The notes under the pieces were generated by a model. That model was given only the letters and a program-made list of their open reading frames with translations. It had not been told where the DNA came from and did not search any database. 64,000 nucleotides of DNA from Gemmatimonadota bacterium (GTDB lineage: Bacteria > Gemmatimonadota > Gemmatimonadetes > Gemmatimonadales > GWC2-71-9), in NCBI GenBank assembly GCA_037440225.1, contig JBBIUN010000008.1, forward strand, positions 51,225 to 115,224. Direction: 5' to 3'. The position numbers and the translations under genes are program-made. Positions 46,874 to 56,142 of the stretch are shown one piece after another (the first letter of the stretch is position 1; each line of letters starts with the position of its first letter).

Positions 46874-47971
46874 ATGGGTTCCGAGGCCGTCCGCTGTCTG
46901 GTGGTGGACGACGAGCCGCGCATCCGCGATGCGCTGGCGCGGGTCTTGGAGAGCGTGGGCTACCGGTGCCAGCAGGCCGGCAGCGCGGGGGCGGCGCTCG
47001 AGGCCTTGGAGCGCGAAGCGTTTCCCGTGGTGCTCTCGGACATTCGGATGCCGGGCATGGACGGGGTGGCACTCCTCAACCAGATCCGCCAACGGTGGCC
47101 TGACACCGCGGTCCTGATGCTCACCGCCGTGGCCGAGGTGGAAACCGCCGTCGCCTGCCTCCAGGCCGGCGCCTTCGACTACATCCCCAAGCCCTTTCAG
47201 GTGGACGAGGTGCGGGCCCGCGTGGCGCAGGCCTTGGAGAAACGCCGTCTGCTCTTGGAGAACCGGCGCTATCAGGAGCATCTGGCGGAAATGGTCGAGC
47301 AGCAGGCGCTGCGCATCGAGGAATTGTTTCTCGAAGGAGTGCAGACCTTGGCCCACGCCTTGGAGGCCAAGGACGCCTACACCCAGGGCCACTCGGCCCG
47401 GGTTTCGGCGTACGCGGGGCGCGTGGCCCGGGAACTCGCCATCGCCGAGGCGGACATCCAGCTCATCGAGCTGGGGGCGGAGTTGCACGATATCGGCAAG
47501 ATCGGGGTGCGAGAGGCGGTGCTGCACAAGCCGGCCCGGCTCACCGATGAAGAATACCGGCATATCATGCAACATACCGTGATCGGGGCCCGGATCCTGA
47601 GCCCGCTGCTCAAGCATGCCCCGCAAGTCTTGGCCGTGGTGCGGTCGCATCACGAGCGCTTGGACGGCCGGGGGCTGCCCGACGGCTTGGTGGGGGAGCA
47701 GATCCCGTTTCCGGCGCGGGTGGTGGCGGTAGCCGACGCCTTCGATGCCATGACCACGGGCCGGCCGTACCGGCCGCCGCGGACGGTGCGCGACGCCTTG
47801 AACGAGTTACGGATGGGAGCCGGCACCCAGTGGGACCGGTCCGTGGTAGAAGCCTTCTTCGCGGCGTGTGACGGCATGGGGCAACTGCCCATTCCCACGC
47901 CGGCCGTGGTACGGCGCCGCGTGCCCCATCGGGTGGCGGCAGGATCCCTGGGGGGCCCGCCGCTCGCCTGA
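46874..47971 (+). CDS. response regulator with HD-GYP phosphodiesterase output (RpfG-like)
   Basis: REC: 'LVVDDEP', 'VVLSDIRMPGMDG', 'LTA', 'KPF'. HD-GYP: 'GHSARV', 'LHDIGKIG', 'HHERLDGRGLPDG'. Start set at ATG 46874. Confidence 0.9.
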   Translation: MGSEAVRCLVVDDEPRIRDALARVLESVGYRCQQAGSAGAALEALEREAFPVVLSDIRMPGMDGVALLNQIRQRWPDTAVLMLTAVAEVETAVACLQAGAFDYIPKPFQVDEVRARVAQALEKRRLLLENRRYQEHLAEMVEQQALRIEELFLEGVQTLAHALEAKDAYTQGHSARVSAYAGRVARELAIAEADIQLIELGAELHDIGKIGVREAVLHKPARLTDEEYRHIMQHTVIGARILSPLLKHAPQVLAVVRSHHERLDGRGLPDGLVGEQIPFPARVVAVADAFDAMTTGRPYRPPRTVRDALNELRMGAGTQWDRSVVEAFFAACDGMGQLPIPTPAVVRRRVPHRVAAGSLGGPPLA

Positions 47972-48044
47972 GGCGCCAGCACCCCGGCACCCGGCGGCAC
48001 TCCGCAGGTGGTCAACCTCCCAGGGGACGAGTAGTTTCTGGGCC

Positions 48045-49526
48045 ATGCAACAACGCCTGATCGCCAGCGTGTCCGGTCTGCGCGGTGTGGTGGGGGTGAG
48101 CCTGACGCCCGAGCTGGTGGCGCGGTACGCGGCAGCCTTCGGCTGGCTGATGCGCCGCAGGGCGCACCAGCATGCCGGCGAGAAGGTCCGCCGGGGAACG
48201 GTGCGGGTGGTGCTGGCGCGGGATGCGCGCGTCTCCGGCCCGATGCTGGAAGCCGCCGCACGAGCGGGCCTGCAATCGGTGGGCGTCACGGTGGTGGAGT
48301 GTGGACTGGTGCCCACGCCTACGGCGCAATTGGCCGTCGAGCACCATAAGGCGGCTGGCGGCCTGGTGATCACGGCGAGCCACAATCCGGCCGAGTGGAA
48401 TGCGCTCAAGTTCATCGGGCCGGACGGGATCTTCCTGGCTGCGGCGGACGCCGCGCGCCTCGGGCGGCTGGCGGACCAGGGCGCCTTCCCCCGCTCCGGG
48501 TGGGATGAGGTGGGGGGCTCGGAGCCGGACGGCGAGGCCGTGGGGCGCCATGTCAGCCGGGTGCTTAGGCTCGACCAGGTACCTGCGGCGCGCATTCGGC
48601 GCCGGCGGTTCACCGTGGCGCTCGACTGTGTGCGGGGTGCGGGGGGGACGATCATGCCGCTCCTGCTCCGCCGCTTGGGGTGCCGGGTGGTCGGGATCGG
48701 CCTCGAGCCTGACGGCCGGTTTCCCCGGCCGCCGGAACCCGTGCCGGAGCACTTGGGTGCGCTGGGCGAGCTGGTGCGCCGGCACGGTGCCGACCTGGGT
48801 ATGGCGGTGGATCCGGACGTGGATCGGCTGGCGCTGGTGGATGAGCGCGGCGAGCCGATCGGAGAGGACTATACCTTGGCCCTGGCGGTGCAGGCGGTGT
48901 TGGGCGGCCAAACCCCTGCGCCGCGAACGGCGGGAGACCGCCGGCCGGGCCGCGCGCGGGGGCTGGGGGGGGGGCGGGGGCGGCCGGTTGTGGTGTGCAA
49001 TCTGTCCACCAGCCTGGTGGTGGAGGCGGCGGCGCGGGCGGCTGGGGGGCGGGTGGTTCGCTCTCCCGTGGGCGAGGCCAATGTGGCGCGCGCCATGCGG
49101 CGGCGGGCGGCGGTGATTGGGGGCGAGGGCAACGGGGGCGTCATCTTCCCGGCGCTCCACTTGGGGCGCGACGCGCCCGTGGGGGCGGCGCTGGTGTTGG
49201 GGTTGCTGGCCCGCGTTGGGGTGCCGCTGAGTCAGGTGGTGGCGGCGCTGCCGCGGTTTGTGATCGTGAAGGCCAAGGCGCCTCGGGGCCGGGAGTTGGG
49301 GGCGGCGTACGCCGAGCTGAAGCGCCTTTTTGCCGGAGCCCGAGTCAACGAGCAGGACGGCCTCAGGCTGGCTTGGGGAGACCGGTGGCTGCACGTTCGG
49401 CCTTCCGGCACCGAGCCCATCGTGCGACTGATTGCGGAAGCGCCCTCGCGGCGGGAGGCGGCGGCTCTGGTGGCCGCGGGTCGCGAGGCGCTGGTGCGAG
49501 AGAGGACGGCGGTATGTGCGGGATAG
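48045..49526 (+). CDS. glmM: phosphoglucosamine mutase (alpha-D-phosphohexomutase, 'TASHNP.EWNALKF' type)
   Basis: 'SVSGLRGVVG', active site 'TASHNPAEWNALKF', Mg loop 'AVDPDVDRL', 'GGEGNGGV'. Overlaps glmS by 13 nt. Assignment to GlmM rather than PMM/PGM rests on the motif type and the glmS linkage. Confidence 0.8.
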   Translation: MQQRLIASVSGLRGVVGVSLTPELVARYAAAFGWLMRRRAHQHAGEKVRRGTVRVVLARDARVSGPMLEAAARAGLQSVGVTVVECGLVPTPTAQLAVEHHKAAGGLVITASHNPAEWNALKFIGPDGIFLAAADAARLGRLADQGAFPRSGWDEVGGSEPDGEAVGRHVSRVLRLDQVPAARIRRRRFTVALDCVRGAGGTIMPLLLRRLGCRVVGIGLEPDGRFPRPPEPVPEHLGALGELVRRHGADLGMAVDPDVDRLALVDERGEPIGEDYTLALAVQAVLGGQTPAPRTAGDRRPGRARGLGGGRGRPVVVCNLSTSLVVEAAARAAGGRVVRSPVGEANVARAMRRRAAVIGGEGNGGVIFPALHLGRDAPVGAALVLGLLARVGVPLSQVVAALPRFVIVKAKAPRGRELGAAYAELKRLFAGARVNEQDGLRLAWGDRWLHVRPSGTEPIVRLIAEAPSRREAAALVAAGREALVRERTAVCAG

Positions 49527-51340
49527 TGGCCTACGCGGGCAAGAAGAATGCCGGCCCGCTGGTGCTGGAAGCGTTGAAGCGGCTCGAGTACCGGGGGTAC
49601 GACTCGGCGGGCATCGCGGTGGTGGCGGGCGACGGGCTGGCTGTGGAGAAAGCCGCGGGCAAGATCGCGGTGCTGGAGAAGCGCTTGGATGGGAACATCC
49701 CGCGGGGGCACACCGCGCTGGCGCATACTCGCTGGGCGACCCATGGGGTCCCTACCGATGTCAACGCGCACCCACATACCGACTGCGCGGGCACCATCGC
49801 TCTGGTGCACAACGGCATCATCGAGAACGCGGCATCGCTCAGAGCCCGCCTGGCCGAGCGGGGGCACCGGCTCCGTTCGGACACGGACACCGAGGTGTTG
49901 GCGCACCTGATCGAGGAGGCGTACAACGGCTCGCTGGAGCTAGCCGTGGCGGCGGCCCTGCGGCAGGTGGAAGGGACCTACGGCATCGCGGTGATTTCCT
50001 CGCGGGAGCCGGGGACGGTGGTGGCGGCCCGCCACGGTTCTCCCCTGCTGGTGGGCGTGGGGGAGGGGGAGTATTTGGTGGCTTCGGACGCGGCGGCCTT
50101 GCTGGAGCACACCCGCAACGTGATCTATCTCGACGATGGGGAAATCGCGGTGCTGTCGCCCGAAGGGTACAAGGTGACGGACCTGGAAGCCGAACCTGTG
50201 GACAAGGTGATCAGCCGCGTGGAATGGGATCTGGCGAGCGTGGAGCGCGGGGGCTATCCCCACTTCATGCTCAAGGAGATCATGGAGCAACCGGAGGCGT
50301 TGGGATTGACCTTGGGCGGGCGGCTGTTGGAGGAGGAGGGCACGGCGCGGCTGGGCGGGCTCAACCTCACCGACGAGCAGTTGAAGGCCGTCGAGCGGGT
50401 GGTCTTGACGGCCTGCGGCACGTCCTGGCATGCGGCCCTGATCGGCGAGTACATGCTGGAGGAGCTGGCCCGCATTCCCGCCGAGGTGGAGTACGCCTCG
50501 GAGTTCCGGTACCGGAACCCCATCGTGGACCATCGCACCCTGGTAATCGGAATTTCCCAGAGTGGCGAGACGGCCGACACCTTGGCGGCGATCCGCGAGG
50601 CCAAGCGGCGCGGGGCGCACACCCTGGGCATCGTCAACGTGGTGGGCAGCACCATTGCCCGCGAGGTGCAGGGGGGCATTTACATTCACGCCGGGCCGGA
50701 GATCGGGGTGGCCAGTACCAAGGCCTTTGCCTGCCAGCTCGCGGCTTTGGCCCTGCTGACGCTGAAGCTCGGGCGCCTGCGGGCGATGTCGGTGCTGCAG
50801 GGCCGGGAGATGGTGCGGGCGTTGCGGCGGCTTCCCGAACAGATGGGCCGGGTCCTGGCGCGGGCGCCGGAGATCGAGCAGGTAGCGGAGCACTTTGCGG
50901 GGGTGAGCAACGCGCTCTATTTGGGGCGGGGCTACAACTTCCCGGTGGCGCTGGAAGGGGCGCTCAAGCTCAAGGAAATCTCCTACATCCATGCCGAGGG
51001 CTACCCCGCGGCCGAGATCAAACACGGGCCCATCGCGCTGATTGACGAGAACATGCCGGTGGTCTTCATCGCGCCGCACGACGGGGTGTACCCCAAGATC
51101 GTCTCCAACGTCCAGGAGGTGAAGGCCCGGCGCGGCCGAGTGATCGCGGTGGTGAGCGAAGGCGATACCGAGATTGCGCCGCTGGCGGACTTCCTCTTCC
51201 CCATCCCGCACACCCTGGATCCCCTGACGCCGCTGCTCTCGGTGATCCCGCTGCAGTTGTTCGCGTATTACATCGCGGTGCGGCGGGGCTGCGACGTGGA
51301 CAAGCCGCGGAATCTCGCCAAGTCGGTGACCGTGGAATGA
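49514..51340 (+). CDS. glmS: glutamine-fructose-6-phosphate aminotransferase
   Basis: 'MCGIVAY' Ntn Cys, 'HTRWATHG', two SIS domains, C-terminal 'DKPRNLAKSVTVE'. Confidence 0.95.
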   Translation: MCGIVAYAGKKNAGPLVLEALKRLEYRGYDSAGIAVVAGDGLAVEKAAGKIAVLEKRLDGNIPRGHTALAHTRWATHGVPTDVNAHPHTDCAGTIALVHNGIIENAASLRARLAERGHRLRSDTDTEVLAHLIEEAYNGSLELAVAAALRQVEGTYGIAVISSREPGTVVAARHGSPLLVGVGEGEYLVASDAAALLEHTRNVIYLDDGEIAVLSPEGYKVTDLEAEPVDKVISRVEWDLASVERGGYPHFMLKEIMEQPEALGLTLGGRLLEEEGTARLGGLNLTDEQLKAVERVVLTACGTSWHAALIGEYMLEELARIPAEVEYASEFRYRNPIVDHRTLVIGISQSGETADTLAAIREAKRRGAHTLGIVNVVGSTIAREVQGGIYIHAGPEIGVASTKAFACQLAALALLTLKLGRLRAMSVLQGREMVRALRRLPEQMGRVLARAPEIEQVAEHFAGVSNALYLGRGYNFPVALEGALKLKEISYIHAEGYPAAEIKHGPIALIDENMPVVFIAPHDGVYPKIVSNVQEVKARRGRVIAVVSEGDTEIAPLADFLFPIPHTLDPLTPLLSVIPLQLFAYYIAVRRGCDVDKPRNLAKSVTVE

Positions 51341-51349
51341 TGCGGTAGC

Positions 51350-51787
51350 ATGCGGGTGGTGGTGCAGCGCGTCGCGCGCGCGTCGGTCACGGTGGAGGGC
51401 CGCGTCACCGGAAGCATCGGGCGCGGCCTGCTCGTGCTGGTGGGGTTCGCGCCGGGCGACACGCCGGAGACGGTGGAGTGGATGGCGGACAAGGTGGCCG
51501 GCCTCAGGATCTTCGCCGACGCCGAAGGCAAGATGAATCTGGACGTCGGCCAGGTGGCCGGGTCGCTGCTCGTGGTCTCGCAGTTCACCCTGTACGGCGA
51601 TGCCTCCAGAGGCCGGCGGCCCTCGTTCGTGGGTGCGGCCGCGCCGGAGGCGGCGATCCCGCTCTACCACGCGTTCATCGCGCGACTCAAGGCACGGCAG
51701 CTGCCGGTCGAGACCGGGGAGTTCGGCGCCATGATGGACGTGGAGCTGGTCAACCAGGGGCCGGTGACCCTGATCCTGGAACGCTGA
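51350..51787 (+). CDS. dtd: D-aminoacyl-tRNA deacylase
   Basis: '[12 protein letters not shown]', 'SQFTLYGD...G.RPSF', 'GEFGA.M.V.LVN.GPVT' Dtd motifs. Confidence 0.9.
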   Translation: MRVVVQRVARASVTVEGRVTGSIGRGLLVLVGFAPGDTPETVEWMADKVAGLRIFADAEGKMNLDVGQVAGSLLVVSQFTLYGDASRGRRPSFVGAAAPEAAIPLYHAFIARLKARQLPVETGEFGAMMDVELVNQGPVTLILER

Positions 51788-51807
51788 GCCGGCGGGAACG
51801 CTCTCGC

Positions 51808-52380
51808 GTGATCGTGCTGGCTTCCGCGTCGCCCCGGCGGCGGCAGCTCCTCGAGATGCTGGGGATTGCCCATCGGGTGGATGCCCCCGACGTACCCGAA
51901 GAACCGGAGCCGGGGGAGGAGCCGGAGGCCCTGGCAGTGCGTCTGGCCCGGGAAAAGGCCCTCCGGGTTTGGGCCCGGCATCCCCGCCTGCCGGTGTTGG
52001 GGGCCGACACCGTGGTCGTGCAGGGGAGTCAGCTGCTGGGCAAGCCCGCCTCGCCGGAGGATGCCGCCCGCATGCTCCGCCTGCTGAGCGGCCGGGAGCA
52101 CCGCGTGATCACGGCCGTGGCGCTGGTCCGAAACGGCGAGGTGCGGCATCGCTGCGATGTCACCCGCGTGTGGTTCCGCCCGCTCAGTGCCGCCCTGATC
52201 GCCGACTACGTCGCCACCGGCGAGCCGATGGACAAGGCCGGCGCCTACGGCGTGCAGGGCTACGGAGCGGTGCTGGTGGAACGGATCGAGGGCGACTTCT
52301 TCTCGGTGATGGGGCTGCCGGTCCGCTTGGTGGTGGAGCTGCTGGAAGAAGCCGGCCTGCCCTACCGCTTCACCCGATAG
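51808..52380 (+). CDS. maf: Maf-family nucleoside triphosphate pyrophosphatase
   Basis: 'LASASPRR..LL', 'GADTVV', 'LSGR.H.V.T', 'DKAGAYG.QG' motifs. Start codon uncertain; GTG 51808 chosen. Confidence 0.85.
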   Translation: MIVLASASPRRRQLLEMLGIAHRVDAPDVPEEPEPGEEPEALAVRLAREKALRVWARHPRLPVLGADTVVVQGSQLLGKPASPEDAARMLRLLSGREHRVITAVALVRNGEVRHRCDVTRVWFRPLSAALIADYVATGEPMDKAGAYGVQGYGAVLVERIEGDFFSVMGLPVRLVVELLEEAGLPYRFTR

Positions 52381-53984
52381 ACCGCCACCGCCTGGGCCTT
52401 GCCCTTGAGCTGCATGGGCTCCAGGGCTTCGACGTCGGGTGGCTGCTTCAAGCACCGATAGAACGGCTCGGAGACGATGATTTCACCCGGGCCCGCCTTG
52501 GAGCAGAGTCGCGAGGCGGTATTGACGGCATCGCCGATCACGGTGTACTCCAACCGGCGCTCGCTTCCGATGTTGCCCGCGAACACCTCCCCGAAATTGA
52601 TCCCGATCCCGATCTGTACCGGCTTGCGGCCCTGCTGAGTCCACTTGGCGTTGAGGTCGCCCAGCACCCGCTGCATGTCAATAGCCGCTCGCATCGCTCG
52701 GTCGGCGTCGTCTTCGTGGGGGATCGGCGCTCCCCAGATGGCCATGATGGCGTCGCCGATGAACTTGTCGAGCGTGCCGCCATGCTGGAAGATGATCTCC
52801 ACCATCTCGGTGAAGTACTCGGTGAGCAAGGTCGCGATCTCGTCCGGGCTCATGGTCTCCGACATCGGCGTGAATCCCCGGATGTCGCTGAAGAAGATGA
52901 CCACCGGCCGCTTGGAGCCCCCCAGCTGGACCGCGCCTTCCTGATTGGCGATCTGCTGGGCCAGATTGGGCGCGAAGTAGCGCTGGAAGTTGGACAGCAC
53001 CACGGCTTCCCGGCGTATGCGATCGGTGAGCTGGCTGTTCTCGATCGAGACCGCCGCGATGCCGCTGAAGGCGATCAGGAACTCCAGATCCTCGTCGCCG
53101 AAGGAGTGCGTGGCCGTGAGGTTGTCCACGTAGATGATCCCCAAGACCTTCCCCTCGCTCGAGATGAGCGGGGTGCACATGGCACTCCGGACGCTCTGCA
53201 TCAGGATGGACTTGCCCTTGAAGCGCTCGTCCGCGGCCGCGTTGTCCGTGAGGATCGCCAGCCGCTCGCTCACCGCGCGCCGGGCGATGGACTGCGGCAC
53301 GTGGCGGCTGCCGCCCGAGTCGCCCAACCGGTTCCGCGAAATGCGCGGCACCAGCTCCCCGGATGATTCCTCCACCATGAGGATGGACACCCGGTCCACG
53401 TTCATCACTTGGAAGGTGATGTCCACGATCTTCTGGAGCAGCTTGTCCACTTCCTGCTGCTTGGACAGTTCCTTGGAAATGTCCAAGAGCAGCGAGAGCT
53501 TCTTGGCCTGCCGTTCCTCCACCGACTCGCCCGGCACCTTGAGCTGGGTGCCGCCACTGGGCCGGCCCGCCACCTGGGCTTCGATCTTGGGCCCTGCTTC
53601 GACCGGCAGCTGCCGGACGATGGTCGCCTCGGGCGGGCGGGGGGCGAACCCGCCGGGCTCTGAGACCGGCTTCACGGCGGGCCGGGGCTCCGCCGGCGTG
53701 ACCTGGCGGACGCGAAAGGCGACCTTGCCAAAGGTCACCACGTCGCCGTCGCCCGCGGCGGACTGGGTGATCGGCGTGCCGTTCAGATAGGTACCGTTGC
53801 TGGATCCTAAGTCCTTGATCGAGACACTCCCGTTCGCCAGCAACAACTCGGCGTGGCGCCGCGACACCGTGGGATCGTAGATCGGCAGGTCGCTGGTGGC
53901 GGCCCGGCCTACTACCACGGCGCGGCCTTCGGGCAGCTCGAAGGTTTGATCGCCGGCAGTGCTGATCAACTTGAAGGCGGGCAC
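52362..53984 (-). CDS. FHA-GAF-class III adenylate/guanylate cyclase
   Basis: FHA 'VVGR....DL.I.D..VSRRHAEL......V.I.DLGS.NGT.LNG'. GAF middle region. Cyclase 'VIFFSDIRGFT', 'LDKFIGDAIMA.WGAP', 'IGI..GEV..GNIGS..R.EYTVIGD.VN.ASRL'. Confidence 0.85.
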   Translation of the reverse strand: MPAFKLISTAGDQTFELPEGRAVVVGRAATSDLPIYDPTVSRRHAELLLANGSVSIKDLGSSNGTYLNGTPITQSAAGDGDVVTFGKVAFRVRQVTPAEPRPAVKPVSEPGGFAPRPPEATIVRQLPVEAGPKIEAQVAGRPSGGTQLKVPGESVEERQAKKLSLLLDISKELSKQQEVDKLLQKIVDITFQVMNVDRVSILMVEESSGELVPRISRNRLGDSGGSRHVPQSIARRAVSERLAILTDNAAADERFKGKSILMQSVRSAMCTPLISSEGKVLGIIYVDNLTATHSFGDEDLEFLIAFSGIAAVSIENSQLTDRIRREAVVLSNFQRYFAPNLAQQIANQEGAVQLGGSKRPVVIFFSDIRGFTPMSETMSPDEIATLLTEYFTEMVEIIFQHGGTLDKFIGDAIMAIWGAPIPHEDDADRAMRAAIDMQRVLGDLNAKWTQQGRKPVQIGIGINFGEVFAGNIGSERRLEYTVIGDAVNTASRLCSKAGPGEIIVSEPFYRCLKQPPDVEALEPMQLKGKAQAVAVYRVKR

Positions 53985-54040
53985 GGGGTTCTCCTACCGC
54001 GCATAATATACCCGCCGCCCCGCGGAGCGGCAGAAGCGGC

Positions 54041-55543
54041 CTAGGCTCGGGAGGCGAGCGCCAGGGCCTGTAGCACCGCCCGGGCCTTGTTCTCGGTTTC
54101 CTCGAATTCGCGCGCCGGATCGCTGTCGGCCACGATGCCGGCGCCGGCCTGCACGTGCGCGCGCGAGCCCCGCAGGATGGCGCTCCGGAGGGCAATGGCT
54201 GTGTCCAGGCTCGCGGCCCCCCAGCCCAAGTACCCTACCGCCCCGGCGTAGGGCCCTCGCCGGGTGGGCTCCAGCTCGTCAATGATCTCCATGGCGCGAA
54301 TCTTGGGGGCGCCCGTCACCGTGCCCGCCGGAAAGCAGGCCCGCAGCACGTCGCCGGCGTCGAGCCCCGGCCGCAGCGTGCCCCGTACCTCGCTGACCAA
54401 GTGCTGCACGTGCGAGTAGCGCTCGATCACGCGGCTCTGCGTCACCTTGACGGTGCCGAACCGGGCCACCCGGCCCACGTCGTTGCGACCCAGGTCCACG
54501 AGCATGGCGTGTTCGGCCAGCTCCTTGGGATCAGCCAGCAGTTCCCTGGCCAGGCGCTCGTCCTCTTCCGGTGTGGCGCCGCGCGGGCGCGTGCCCGCGA
54601 TGGGCCGCACCAGCACTTCGCCCTCCTCCACCCGCACCAGCACCTCCGGGGAACTGCCCGCCAGCACCACGTCGTCCAAGGCGAGGAAATACAAATACGG
54701 CGCCGGGTTGAGCGTGCGGAGCGCGCGGTAGACCGTAAGCGGCCGGCCCTCGAAGGGCACGTCCTGGCGGCGCGACAGCACGGTCTGAAAGGTGTCTCCC
54801 GCGCGGATGTAGTCCTTGATGCGTTCGACGTCGCGCTCGAAATCGGCGCGGGGGTAGGGACTGTCCACCGGGAGCGGGGGGCCGACGTCCAGAGACAAGG
54901 GCTCGAGCGCCGGCGGCCGCCGCAACCGCTCCAGCAGCTCCTCGATCCGGCCCATGGCCGCCTGGTACGCCGCCCGCAAGGCGGCACGGTCGGCCCCGGG
55001 GCGCACCTGGGTATTGGCCACGATGGCAGCCCGGGCGAACGCGTTGTCAATGATCACCAGCGCGTCGGCCAGCATGAAGACCGCGTCCGGCAGGCCCAGG
55101 TCGTCCGGGGGGCCGGCGGGCAGGCGTTCGAAGGCTCGGACCACGTCGTAGCCCAGGTAGCCCACCGCGCCACCGGTAAAGCGGGGAAGCCCCGGGCTGG
55201 GAGCTGGCTTGAGGTCGCGGAGGCGGCGGGTGAGATCGGCCAGCGGGTCGCTGGCCGGTCCTATCGTGGTCCAACCCTCCTCGCTGGTCCAGCGCTCCAC
55301 TTGGCCGGCCCGGTAGCGCCACGCCTCGCGGGGCTCCGTGCCCAAGAAGGTGTAGCGGGCCCAGCGCTCGCCGCCCACCAGCGACTCCAACAAAAAAGCA
55401 AAGGGCCCTCGCGCGATGGCGGCGTAGGCGGTGACCGGCGTCAGCGTATCGCCCCCGAGTTCCCGTACCACCGGGACCATGCCGCCGGCTGCGGCGCGCG
55501 CGGCGTAGTCGGAAAAGTCGGTATCGCGGACCAAGGGGGTCAC
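54041..55543 (-). CDS. trpE: anthranilate synthase component I
   Basis: 'LLES', 'PYLYF', 'SPE.L', 'IAGTRPRG', 'LL.D.KE.AEH.MLVDL.RND', 'FPAGTV.GAPK.RAMEII.E.E...RG.Y.GAVGY'. GTG 55543 overlaps the upstream stop (GTGA). Confidence 0.92.
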   Translation of the reverse strand: MTPLVRDTDFSDYAARAAAGGMVPVVRELGGDTLTPVTAYAAIARGPFAFLLESLVGGERWARYTFLGTEPREAWRYRAGQVERWTSEEGWTTIGPASDPLADLTRRLRDLKPAPSPGLPRFTGGAVGYLGYDVVRAFERLPAGPPDDLGLPDAVFMLADALVIIDNAFARAAIVANTQVRPGADRAALRAAYQAAMGRIEELLERLRRPPALEPLSLDVGPPLPVDSPYPRADFERDVERIKDYIRAGDTFQTVLSRRQDVPFEGRPLTVYRALRTLNPAPYLYFLALDDVVLAGSSPEVLVRVEEGEVLVRPIAGTRPRGATPEEDERLARELLADPKELAEHAMLVDLGRNDVGRVARFGTVKVTQSRVIERYSHVQHLVSEVRGTLRPGLDAGDVLRACFPAGTVTGAPKIRAMEIIDELEPTRRGPYAGAVGYLGWGAASLDTAIALRSAILRGSRAHVQAGAGIVADSDPAREFEETENKARAVLQALALASRA

Positions 55544-56133
55544 TTCGGGGCCGCTGCTATGTAGGTCCCGGCCTCTTGGAGGCTGGCGCGAAGTTCGGTT
55601 CCCGCCGTCCCCGAGCCGCCCACGCTGGTCCAGCGGTCGAGGGCGCTTTCCCGCCAGACTTCCAAAGCCCGGGCATAGGCGGCGGCATCCGGATACCGGG
55701 TCGAGCCTAAGGCCACGCTGAGGTTGCCGTAGCGGGCGTACGAAAAGGTGAGCAGGGGCCGCCCCAGCGAGGCGAACCGCAGTCCCGTGGGGCTCAGTCG
55801 CACGCCGTACACCCCGGGTTCGGGGCTCACCGTGACCAGCACCGAATCGCTGAGCCCCAACACCCTGCCGTCCAGCGAGCCCAGAGAGCCGCTGGGAAAC
55901 TCCAAGCGCGCGAACAAGGTGTTGAACCCGTCGCTGTGGATCAGATTGCGGGTGGTGGCTCGGGCGTTGGAGACGTAGAAGCTGGTGCCACCCGGGGGCG
56001 GGGCGGTGGCTTGGAGCGGCAGGACCAGGAGATCGGACGTAGCCAGGCCGCCCGAGGGCACGGCCAGGTCTTGGCAGGCGGCGCTGGCGAAGAGCAGCGC
56101 GGCGCTTGTCGCACGCTGGAAGGCCCGTGATAT
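55540..56133 (-). CDS. putative lipoprotein (hypothetical); no canonical start codon
   Basis: Protein-like composition and a lipoprotein-type leader 'SRAFQRATSAALLFASAAC'. Translationally coupled to trpE. The best-fitting start is an ATA at 56133-56131. There is no in-frame ATG, GTG or TTG for more than 150 nt upstream. Confidence 0.5.
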   Translation of the reverse strand: MSRAFQRATSAALLFASAACQDLAVPSGGLATSDLLVLPLQATAPPPGGTSFYVSNARATTRNLIHSDGFNTLFARLEFPSGSLGSLDGRVLGLSDSVLVTVSPEPGVYGVRLSPTGLRFASLGRPLLTFSYARYGNLSVALGSTRYPDAAAYARALEVWRESALDRWTSVGGSGTAGTELRASLQEAGTYIAAAPK

Positions 56134-56142
56134 TGCCGGACG

